This document shows, piece by piece, positions 17,501 through 23,741 of a stretch of DNA of 26,213 nt; position 1 is the first letter of the stretch; each line of letters starts with the position of its first letter. The notes beneath the pieces were generated by a model that worked only from the letters and a program-made list of their open reading frames with translations, did not search any database and had not been told where the DNA came from. The translations under genes and the position numbers were made by a program. This DNA is from a virus (taxonomy: Duplodnaviria > Caudoviricetes), in IMG/VR virus record IMGVR_UViG_3300012936_000141, positions 1-26,213 of that record; one strand, written 5' to 3'.

Positions 17501-19154
17501 TGATTCAACTACACAACGTTTTGTTGCAATTGCTAGTGATTCAACTACAGTTGCAATTTCACTAGATGGTGAAGTTTGGGACGTAACAGGTACATTAAAC
17601 AGCACAGGCTTTACTGCTATTACAGCAGGTAGAGGAAGAATAGTTGCTGTTAAATCAGGAACAACTACAGTTGCTTACTCAACAGACGGTGGTGTAAACT
17701 GGGTAGACACAACACTTCCAGCATCCAGTGCTTGGGATAGTGTTGCTTGGGGACAAGGTAAATTCGTTGCTATTGCTACAGATACAGATGACGCAGCATT
17801 TAGTTTCGACGGAAATACTTGGACAGCAACAGCAATAGGTTCTCCAGACTCAACTACAAATGCAGGACTTAAACAAATCAAATATGGACAAGGTTTGTTT
17901 ATGGCAACAGCATATAAAGCAGGTGAAGACGGCGAAGGTTATACTTATGTTGTAACATCACAAGATGGATTCAATTGGGATTGGCAAGGTGTAGGTTCAG
18001 GAGAACTTGCAGCAAACGGATTCAATGCACTTACATTTGGAACAGCACAAAGAAAAGGTTACTGGGCAATACTTGGTAATGATGCTGGAACACTTGTAAG
18101 AAGAATTAAAACAGGTGCAACTACTAAAGGTAGAGCAGGTGTTGCTTCAAATAAAATCTTTGAAGTACGTATTACAGAACCAGGTTCAGGTTATGATGCT
18201 ACACCAACTATGACAATCACTGATCCAAGTGAGATTTATGCACTACCATTCCAGGTTAGAACTGGCAGTGGTGTACTTGGTACTCCATCATTTACTTCAA
18301 GAGGTACTGGATATGTTTCATCAAGTGCTGATTTAGTAGGTGGAAATGGTTATGCAGACTTCTTACAAAGCGGTACATTTATTGCTGTAAGACAGTTGAG
18401 CGGAATACCTGCAACAGGTTCAAACGTAGTATTTGGTCACTTACCAAATCAAACATTTAAACTTGTTAACTTGGTAACATTACTAGGACAGTATGACGGA
18501 TCATATACAGTATTCTTACAAGTATCGCCAGATATGAAAGTTATTGATGTTCCACCGCACGGCACTTCAGTAACAACTAGAATTAGATACTCGCAAGTAC
18601 GTCTAACAGGACACGACTTCTTAGACATTGGTACAGGTAACTTTACAGAAACAAATTATCCTGGATTACCAACTCAAGATCCTATACAGGCTAATGAGAC
18701 AAGAGAAGGAAACGGTGGTAGAGTGTTCTTTACTGCTACTGACCAAGACGGTAACTTTAGAGTTGGTGACTTGTTTAGTATTGAACAGTCAACAGGTGTT
18801 GCAACATTGAATGCTGATGCATTTAACATTGCAGGACTACAAGAACTTACACTTGGTGAAGTTACACTAGGTGGAGGATCTGCAAGTATTGAAGAGTTTA
18901 GTACAGACCCATTCTTTACAGCAGATAGTGATAGTGTTGTACCAACACAAAGAGCAATTAAGGCTTACATCAGTTCACAAATTGGTGGCGGTGGTGCATC
19001 GCTTAACGTAAATAGTGTTACAGCAGGTTTTGTATACATTGCTGGAACGACTATTACAACTACTACACAGCAGGCAATTCAGATTAATGCCAATATGAAT
19101 TTCAAAGGCGGTGTACGTGGTTTACCAGTAGCGTGGAGTTACTTTTTAACTTAA
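11580..19154 (+). CDS. Giant multidomain virion/tail protein B, 2524 aa (paralog of A with extra helical repeats and three inserted beta modules)
   Basis: SD GGAG. Starts MAEFKLGRIKFVWKG versus MAEWKISRIRYTWKG in A, and has the same domain order as A. Confidence 0.85.
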   Translation: MAEFKLGRIKFVWKGNWAGSTTYYKDDVVRYGGRTYICAVGHTSDSDFYTDLNIVPSKWNQMTDGQSWKGDWSTDTSYVINDVVKYGGILYIANTAHTSASTTALGLENDSSKWTQFAEGTDWKGNWTVSTRYKLNDLVRYGGITYLVTTGHTSAGTAADGLEANIGNFEVYSQGIEYKGDWASATRYKDSDIVKYGPNLYIVKSGQYHTSSSDFDTDLAARWDSFVEGFDYNNDWSSATAYKIGNVVKYGGNSYVAKTNNTNSIPPSNASDWDLFAEGFDFQSDWAIGTDYKIGQVIRNNGYTYLATQDAASTDFTVTDTNNGTNKFTVTDTTGLVAGQVVQFSGSTFGNVFPSGTYYIKSVDDATTFQISTTSGGASFTPTTATGSMTATVAWHPTNASYWTRLNEGIGWQGEWQDDYEYELGDAVKFGDNAYICIQKHRSEGDTDSTIGGEGGGAANSRPDQDVSGTYWNQLITGSETSILTTTGDLVYFGGSGVARLPVGNEGEVLRAGAQYPEWALLGKSDYVYFVGEHGQDKAYPVHGGTVDKPFKTVRFAAQEIDRGIRNPNAKKLLEMNRNFIQNEVLEYIHYNVELNTTTTPDATSIWYNLTFLDDRAHRDIGFVVDSLVYDISHGGNVKSRGWANTRFDALVESENTASDSYPKVDLTSATELATYQYMETLVGNILNQEDPTVNYQTTNGDLSTAVIAQHKDATIAAETGVIAVVDSLMTIIQNAVEDGGVGRVPARYMPNSLIKIKTGRYRETGPISIPENTCVIGDEVRSVNIGPLGASEAPTDKSDTKYSIETYEHIEGVVKSIIQGSTVTATSGNTETQSQVVPFADSVEVARIDRLMGALVNDMDFRVGEIDLMNYPDPTGYNSSFLNGYGDARKQIVNNRQFMKEEITAYITENYPTLRYSKTKCKQDVGYIVDALIYDLTYGGNSQAIRAGLAYYDGPGSVYSGNFGLDDAEPNATVVTYGYLKTIVGQIIDNTAITAKNSTVTQYRSGTAGSAASKTAAQDNIQIIIDLIDAGATTGAPNVTVDSISSNVITTSAAHGLSVGDSFTPRTTGNSLTAGQKYWVVSTPAAATLTVSTVFGGSAATLTNGAGLSIVADVVKEPEATNGVTTTTALITAAENVDAAQETIVTQNANFLTANYPSLTYDADKCARDVRLITEAVMFDFMFNSNFKTRKAGLAYLRSTASDVYDKGQKAATMASFDFVKDYIVSVSGDATANARVEVLMEDMLNIIYSGSNEGSRCVTPLRNTHHAVTQLMRNETFITKEATAYIAATFTDTVTATASADNSITISDTSWLKRDVAVVFSGADIVGPPTNALAPEEDGIVAGTVYYVQDILSSTKFTIATTRNAATPRAMTDDTGSCSVDLSYNSELCERDVKETLKGIIYDLQYPGNYRTLLGSRLYGNSVVGSQEEDFYYVRNGTGVRNQTLDGINGDLLGANAYGTSRVSGGAYVSLDPGWGPEDYRVWITQRSPYVQNVTTFGFAGIGQKIDGALHNGGNDSIVSNDFTQVISDGIGAWVANNGRAELVSVFTYYSHIGYLSTEGGRIRGTNGNNSYGDFGSVAEGFDSTETPDTAIVDNKFQFEATVKQVNTDGENEVYNFEFENAGIDYEEAEFLISGAGTGATAHVDEFRDEAVHSVFLEDNVDDSANAPEVVGNFGGFGYVSNANTAQGGTTNSITLAATDSEISSAYVGMKVVVTGGAGVGQFGIISSYNSGTKLANVTRESTGASGWDHFLAGTNIVAPDASSTYIVEPRITFTAPGFTDIAGTGLSSQTYNAAGFVEICNTYVVTATSGTGTGNSFTVIKNGWKYDVSIAAGGNGYTRLDTLTILGSNVGGTDGTNDITITVTSVDSDGTIQAIDVDGYGSAGAFVALANGSTTGFRSVDGQTWSSVTLPSASNWQATASGKFDDGSTVGKISKIVAVASGTSNGAYSDNGTTWTATALPASANWVDVCFDSTTQRFVAIASDSTTVAISLDGEVWDVTGTLNSTGFTAITAGRGRIVAVKSGTTTVAYSTDGGVNWVDTTLPASSAWDSVAWGQGKFVAIATDTDDAAFSFDGNTWTATAIGSPDSTTNAGLKQIKYGQGLFMATAYKAGEDGEGYTYVVTSQDGFNWDWQGVGSGELAANGFNALTFGTAQRKGYWAILGNDAGTLVRRIKTGATTKGRAGVASNKIFEVRITEPGSGYDATPTMTITDPSEIYALPFQVRTGSGVLGTPSFTSRGTGYVSSSADLVGGNGYADFLQSGTFIAVRQLSGIPATGSNVVFGHLPNQTFKLVNLVTLLGQYDGSYTVFLQVSPDMKVIDVPPHGTSVTTRIRYSQVRLTGHDFLDIGTGNFTETNYPGLPTQDPIQANETREGNGGRVFFTATDQDGNFRVGDLFSIEQSTGVATLNADAFNIAGLQELTLGEVTLGGGSASIEEFSTDPFFTADSDSVVPTQRAIKAYISSQIGGGGASLNVNSVTAGFVYIAGTTITTTTQQAIQINANMNFKGGVRGLPVAWSYFLT
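11616..13004 (+). repeat. Seven CBM5/12-like repeats (the sixth interrupted by an insertion)
   Basis: WKG.W...T.Y..ND.V.YGG..Y....HTS repeated seven times. Confidence 0.7.
13425..15812 (+). repeat. Four helical repeats with a [K/L]CxRD[VI]...YD..YGGN signature
   Basis: RAHRDIGFVVDSLVYDISHGGN 13425-13490; KCKQDVGYIVDALIYDLTYGGN 14340-14405; KCARDVRLITEAVMFDFMFNSN 15075-15140; LCERDVKETLKGIIYDLQYPGN 15747-15812. Confidence 0.75.
17238..17980 (+). repeat. Asp-box (BNR) repeats, beta-propeller
   Basis: RSVDGQTW, YSDNGTTW, ISLDGEVW, YSTDGGVNW, FSFDGNTW and TSQDGFNW. Confidence 0.75.
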
Positions 19155-19173
19155 TAAACGGAGAAAAAATAAA

Positions 19174-19494
19174 ATGGCAACAGGAAGACTAGGAACAGCG
19201 AACTTAGCAGCGGCTACAGATACTACTCTGTACACTGTTCCAGCAGACACGTTCAGTGTAGTAACACTATCAGTCTGTAACAGGAATGCTAGTTCAGCGA
19301 AGATTAGAGTCGCAGTAGCGGCATCAGCAACGCCAACTGATGATGAATTTATTGAATATGATTCAGAAATCATTGGTAATTCAGTTATTGAACGTACAGG
19401 AATTGTAATGGATGCAACTAAAATTTTAGTTGTTAGATCAGATACAATTAATGTTAGTGCAGTAGTGTACGGCATTGAAACGTCAACTACGTAA
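19174..19494 (+). CDS. Small beta-rich putative virion protein (paralog of 1339-1716 and 5289-5621)
   Basis: GGAG SD. Pattern TLYTVPA.TFSVV.LSVCNRN....IRVAV.....EFIEYD..I....IERTGIVM.....VVRSD...VSAVVYGIE. Confidence 0.75.
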   Translation: MATGRLGTANLAAATDTTLYTVPADTFSVVTLSVCNRNASSAKIRVAVAASATPTDDEFIEYDSEIIGNSVIERTGIVMDATKILVVRSDTINVSAVVYGIETSTT

Positions 19495-19509
19495 TAAAGG
19501 AGAGATGAT

Positions 19510-19851
19510 ATGGGACGTGATGTAAAAGCAAATCCAAGAGGAGTTGTTCCGCCCTCACTCTTCGCACAATCCACTGTGAATGCTGACTCAATAATTACAG
19601 CAAATAGAATTTATTTTGTTGATACGAGTACAGCACCAGTAACATTAACGTTACCAACTAATCCGTTTGCAGGAGATATTATTAAAGTGTTTGATAAAAA
19701 TGGTACATTTCAAACAAATTCTTGCACAATGGATCCAGGTTCACATAGAATTATGCGTGTGGCGGACACAATGACAGTGAGTACAGAAGGTGCTTCATTT
19801 ACATTGGTTTATTCTGATACAGCCGGAGGTTGGCTAGTAGAAGGAATTTAA
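19510..19851 (+). CDS. Stand-alone T4 gp34-like (long tail fibre proximal N-terminal repeat) domain protein
   Basis: SD AAGGAG. The pattern YFVDTS..PVTLTLP..P..GD.I.V.D..GTF..N..T....I.......V...GASFTLVY....GW matches the repeat I recognise from gp34/gp9-like fibre-attachment domains. Confidence 0.65.
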   Translation: MGRDVKANPRGVVPPSLFAQSTVNADSIITANRIYFVDTSTAPVTLTLPTNPFAGDIIKVFDKNGTFQTNSCTMDPGSHRIMRVADTMTVSTEGASFTLVYSDTAGGWLVEGI

Positions 19852-19866
19852 TAGAGGAAAAAATTA

Positions 19867-20781
19867 ATGCCTTTTAATTACAACAGTCTAAAAAAGATTA
19901 CAAACGAGGGAATCATTGACGGTACACTTACGACTGATGACTTTGCAACAGGTGCTGTAAATGCAGCAGCAGTAGCAACAGGAAACATTCAAGGTGGACA
20001 AATTGCAAGTGGACAGATTGATACTGATCAAATTCAGGATCTTGGCATAACTGACGCAGCGATTGGAAACAGTCAAATTGATTTATCTGGAAGTGTAACC
20101 AGTGGCCAATTACCTGTTGCCAACGGCGGTACTGGTTTAACATCAAGCTCAGCAAATAGAACATTGATGGTTAACAATTCAGGAAATGCTCTCGAATATG
20201 GACAAGTTGGAATTATACAGTGTAATGTTTATACAGGAAACAGTACTTGGACTAAACCTGCAGGATGTACAAGAGTAAGAGTACAAGTTGTAGGTGGAGG
20301 TGCAGGTGGTTCTGGACACGGTGAAGCAGGTGGATCGGGAGGATATTCCGAAGAAATCGTTGATGTAACAGGTGTTAGTACTGTAAGTATTACAGTAGGC
20401 GGCCAAGGCGGAGGAGTAAACTATCATAACTCAGCGGGTAATGGTGGTACTTCTAGTTTTGGACCATATTTAAGTGCTTCAGGTGGTGAAGGAGCAAGAC
20501 GAGTAGGTGGACACACAGGAGGTAGACCGGGTATAGGATCCAGCGGTAATATTAATATTTACGGTGGTGGTGGTGCAGGTCATACACACCACGGTGGTGG
20601 ACACGGCGGAACTAGTTACTTCGGTGGAGGAAACATTGGAGTTCACGATAGTGGACCACAACCATCACAGCGTGAAGGACAAGCAGCACCAGGAAGTGGT
20701 GGAGTTGGAGCACCACAAGCACGTAGAAGAGGTGCAAGTGGTAAAAGTGGTATGGTAGTTGTTTGGAGTATAAGGGGTTAA
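19867..20781 (+). CDS. Gly-rich tail fibre tip/adhesin-like protein, paralog 1 of 3
   Basis: N-terminal ~10-aa periodic fibre repeats and an LPVANGGTG motif. C-terminal TWTKP.G...VRVQVVGGG.GG...GGSGGY...V.ITVGG.G polyglycine domain ending GMVVVW. Confidence 0.75.
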   Translation: MPFNYNSLKKITNEGIIDGTLTTDDFATGAVNAAAVATGNIQGGQIASGQIDTDQIQDLGITDAAIGNSQIDLSGSVTSGQLPVANGGTGLTSSSANRTLMVNNSGNALEYGQVGIIQCNVYTGNSTWTKPAGCTRVRVQVVGGGAGGSGHGEAGGSGGYSEEIVDVTGVSTVSITVGGQGGGVNYHNSAGNGGTSSFGPYLSASGGEGARRVGGHTGGRPGIGSSGNINIYGGGGAGHTHHGGGHGGTSYFGGGNIGVHDSGPQPSQREGQAAPGSGGVGAPQARRRGASGKSGMVVVWSIRG

Positions 20782-20784
20782 ATT

Positions 20785-21699
20785 ATGGCATTTAGTTATG
20801 AAGGTTTAAAGAAAATTACAGGTGAAGGCCTTGTAGATACAACAATTATAGCAGATGATGTTGCTGGTACAACCTTAGTAAATGCAGACTTTGATTCCGG
20901 AGCAATTACAAATGTCAAAATTGAAGACGGATCAATTCCGTCTGCAGATTTTGCAGATGGTGCAGTTACAAGTGGTAAACTTGCAAATAATTCAGTAGAT
21001 TTAGCAGGAAACAAAGTTACCGGCGCATTATCAGCGTCAAAAGGCGGTACAGGAGTTGCACTAACTAGTGGAAATGCAGGCTATCATATTAGAACAAATG
21101 CATCTAATGCTGTATCTTTGAATGCAGGTGGAATAAGTGCTTGTAGAGTATACACAGGAAACACAACTTGGACTAAACCGTCAGATGTTACTAGAATTAG
21201 AGTACAGGTAATTGGCGGCGGAGGCGGTGGCACTGGCCACGGCGAAGCAGGTGGTTCAGGCGGTTACTCAGAAGAGTACTTAAACGTAGAAAGTATTAGT
21301 AGTGTAAGCATAAGCATCGGTGGTGGCGGTGGTGGTGTAAACTATCACAATTCAGCAGGTAATGGCGGAAGTACATCATTTGGACCTTATCTATCAGCAA
21401 GTGGCGGCGAAGGTGCAAGACGAGTTGGTGGTCACTCTGGAGGTAGACCAGGAATTGGTTCCGGAGGTAATATGAATATTTACGGTGGCGGTGGAGCAGG
21501 ACATACGCATCACGGCGGTGGTGCTGGCGGTAACGGCTACTGGGGTGGATCAAGTATTGGAGTACACGATAGTGGACCTCAAGTATCACAACGTGAAGGA
21601 CAAGCAGCACCAGGAAGTGGTGGAACAGGTGCACCACGAGGTAGAAGACGTGGCGGAACTGGTAGAAGCGGTATGGTTGTTGTATGGGAATACAAATAG
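20785..21699 (+). CDS. Gly-rich tail fibre tip/adhesin-like protein, paralog 2 of 3
   Basis: Same architecture as paralog 1, with DGAVTSGKLA-type repeats. The C-terminal domain is nearly identical to those of paralogs 1 and 3. Confidence 0.75.
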   Translation: MAFSYEGLKKITGEGLVDTTIIADDVAGTTLVNADFDSGAITNVKIEDGSIPSADFADGAVTSGKLANNSVDLAGNKVTGALSASKGGTGVALTSGNAGYHIRTNASNAVSLNAGGISACRVYTGNTTWTKPSDVTRIRVQVIGGGGGGTGHGEAGGSGGYSEEYLNVESISSVSISIGGGGGGVNYHNSAGNGGSTSFGPYLSASGGEGARRVGGHSGGRPGIGSGGNMNIYGGGGAGHTHHGGGAGGNGYWGGSSIGVHDSGPQVSQREGQAAPGSGGTGAPRGRRRGGTGRSGMVVVWEYK

Positions 21700-21708
21700 G
21701 AGTTATCA

Positions 21709-22626
21709 ATGGCATTTAGTTATGAAGGATTAAAAAAGATTACAGGTGCTGGAATTGTTGACGGTAGTATTACAAGTGCAGACATTGGTGCTGGTGAAAT
21801 TAACAGAAACAAAATTGCAGCAAATACAATCGAATCAGCAGCAATTGCAACAGGTGCAGTAACTGGTGCTAAAGTAGATCCTGCAAATGCTTTACAATCT
21901 ACTAAATTTGAATCAGGTGCAGTTAATTTATCAGGAGCAGCAGTAACAGGTGCTTTAGCAGCATCAGCGGGCGGAACTGGTAAAACATCAATTGGTTCAG
22001 CAAACAAGGTTTTAAAAGTAAACACAAGCTCAAACGGTTATGATTTTTCAGATGCAGATCTGTACGGAGTGAGTTACTATACATCAAACGGTACTTGGAA
22101 TAAGCCATCCGGAGTAAACAAAATTAGAGTACAAATCTGTGGAGCAGGAGGTGGCGGTACAGGTCACGGAGAATCAGGTGGAGCAGGTGGATACTCAGAA
22201 GAAGTTCTAGATGTTAGAAGTATTTCATCAGTAAGTATCACGCTTAATGGCGGAGGTGGTGGTGTAAACTATCATAACTCAGCAGGAAACGGCGGATCAA
22301 GTTCATTTGGTCCTTATCTATCAGCAAGTGGTGGTGAAGGAGCAAGAAGAGTAGGTGGACATTCAGGCGGCAGACCAGGCGTAGGATCATCAGGCAATTT
22401 AAATTTATATGGCGGCGGTGGACGTGGCCATACACACCACGGTGGTGGATTAGGAGGCAGTTCTTATTTTGGAGGTTCAAGTATTGGGGTACACGATAGT
22501 GGACCACAACCATCTCAAAGAGAAGGACAAGCAGCACCAGGTTCAGGCGGCGTTGGTGCACCACGAGGTAGAAGACGTGGCGGTACAGGTCGTAGAGGCA
22601 TTTGTATCGTGTGGATGTATAAATAA
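21709..22626 (+). CDS. Gly-rich tail fibre tip/adhesin-like protein, paralog 3 of 3
   Basis: SD AGGAG overlaps the previous TAG. The start MAFSYEGLKKITG is identical to that of paralog 2. Confidence 0.75.
   Translation: MAFSYEGLKKITGAGIVDGSITSADIGAGEINRNKIAANTIESAAIATGAVTGAKVDPANALQSTKFESGAVNLSGAAVTGALAASAGGTGKTSIGSANKVLKVNTSSNGYDFSDADLYGVSYYTSNGTWNKPSGVNKIRVQICGAGGGGTGHGESGGAGGYSEEVLDVRSISSVSITLNGGGGGVNYHNSAGNGGSSSFGPYLSASGGEGARRVGGHSGGRPGVGSSGNLNLYGGGGRGHTHHGGGLGGSSYFGGSSIGVHDSGPQPSQREGQAAPGSGGVGAPRGRRRGGTGRRGICIVWMYK
22618..22625 (+). promoter_or_regulatory. Possible late promoter TATAAATA overlapping a stop codon
   Basis: Exact T4 late consensus formed by the codons TAT AAA TAA, about 20 bp before ATG 22646. 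May be coincidental. Confidence 0.4.
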
Positions 22627-22645
22627 CAATGTATAGGAGTTAATA

Positions 22646-23107
22646 ATGGCTAAAAGTTGTTTAGTAGATTTCCAAGGAAACATACAGCACATCTGTGAAC
22701 CGGGCGACGAATTTGAGATTTATGAAGGTCCAAATGCAACTATCCGTTGGGTCAACTGTGCTAATGATGATGTAAATGATTCTTGGGTTTTAGATAATGG
22801 AAATTGGGTGCAAAACGTACAAGCACCACCATCATATACTGTTTTAAGAAGAAACGCATATGGTGATATTGGAATGCAGTTAGATATGATGTACAAAGAT
22901 CAGATCAACGGTACTTCTACTTGGAGAGATCACGTTGCTAGAGTAAAAGCAACTGTACCAAGTCCAAATAGTGAAGAAGCAATCGAAGTTCGTAATAGCA
23001 GACAAGTAATTAATTGGGGAACACCAGAATCTCCTGCTTGGACAGATACTGTTAATAGAGAAATTCCAGGCGTTACTAGAACTGTTGGTAAAAAAGTAAG
23101 CGATTAA
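22646..23107 (+). CDS. Tail fibre assembly/chaperone-like protein, 153 aa
   Basis: SD AGGAG. RRNAYGDIGMQLDMMYKD...G...W.DHVARVKA..P matches the R..AY..I..QLD...D.....W...I..VK...P motif common in small genes that follow fibre genes in marine phages. Confidence 0.55.
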   Translation: MAKSCLVDFQGNIQHICEPGDEFEIYEGPNATIRWVNCANDDVNDSWVLDNGNWVQNVQAPPSYTVLRRNAYGDIGMQLDMMYKDQINGTSTWRDHVARVKATVPSPNSEEAIEVRNSRQVINWGTPESPAWTDTVNREIPGVTRTVGKKVSD

Positions 23108-23134
23108 TCAAGAAATTTGAGCAGGGAATAAAAT

Positions 23135-23141
23135 CTAAATA
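23135..23141 (+). promoter_or_regulatory. T4-type late promoter core (cTAAATA)
   Basis: Lies in the 43-bp gap and ends 9 nt before ATG 23151. Same CTAAATA(A) as at 4118. Confidence 0.6.
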
Positions 23142-23150
23142 AGTATATGT

Positions 23151-23741
23151 ATGCTTATAGATTTATTTCCTGTTCGTATATATAAACATTCTGTAGATAT
23201 ACAAGACACACACCGCAAAATGATGCGGGAATATCTTACAGGTGTGTTTAAGTATATAAATCCTTCAAATCATATATTAGAAAAAGGTGGTAAATCAACA
23301 CACGAAGTTGATAGAGAATTACACCTAAATCCTATTTTCAAGCAATTAACAGATTTTGTAGATTTACATTGCAAACATTATTTTAATAGTGCAGGATTTT
23401 CACACACTAAACCTAAAATAGTAAGTATGTGGGCAAATCTACACATAGACGGTGACGAAACTTTATCTCATACGCATTCTACACACATCCTTGCAGGGTG
23501 TTACTATTTAGATTTTCAAAACAATGCAGGAAACTTAGTTTTTAAATCTCCTAATGAATATACACAACATTACTATCCATATAGTGAAGAAGGAAAAATA
23601 AAAGATCTTAAATACACTGTAGATTGTGCTGAAGGCGACCTAGTTTTATTTCCAGCACACTTAAAACATTATACTGAAAAAAATAATTCTGGACAAAACA
23701 GAATTAGTATTAATTTTAACATTGACCACGAGGCAAATTAA
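23151..23741 (+). CDS. Putative 2OG-Fe(II) oxygenase (TIGR02466 / 2OG-FeII_Oxy_5-like)
   Basis: LFP..IY N-terminus, MWANL, HTH...LAGCYYL, GNLVF, EGDLVLFPAHLKH.T and RISINFN. Has HxH...H metal ligands and the RxS 2OG-binding motif. Confidence 0.85.
   Translation: MLIDLFPVRIYKHSVDIQDTHRKMMREYLTGVFKYINPSNHILEKGGKSTHEVDRELHLNPIFKQLTDFVDLHCKHYFNSAGFSHTKPKIVSMWANLHIDGDETLSHTHSTHILAGCYYLDFQNNAGNLVFKSPNEYTQHYYPYSEEGKIKDLKYTVDCAEGDLVLFPAHLKHYTEKNNSGQNRISINFNIDHEAN

Noticed and set aside
9551-17980. Calling the Asp-box regions sialidases, or the giant proteins chitinases
   Set aside because: Asp-boxes and CBM-like repeats are structural or binding motifs. No sialidase RIP/Arg-triad or GH18 DxDxE catalytic context was identified.
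19867-22626. Diversity-generating retroelement (TR/VR pair) or invertible cassette
   Set aside because: All three repeats are intact genes in the same orientation. Differences are mostly third-position changes and not adenine-specific. No reverse transcriptase or invertase gene is in the window.
23108-23120. Terminator hairpin TCAAG-AAA-TTTGA after the structural module
   Set aside because: Only 5 weak pairs including a G-U, and no U-tract.
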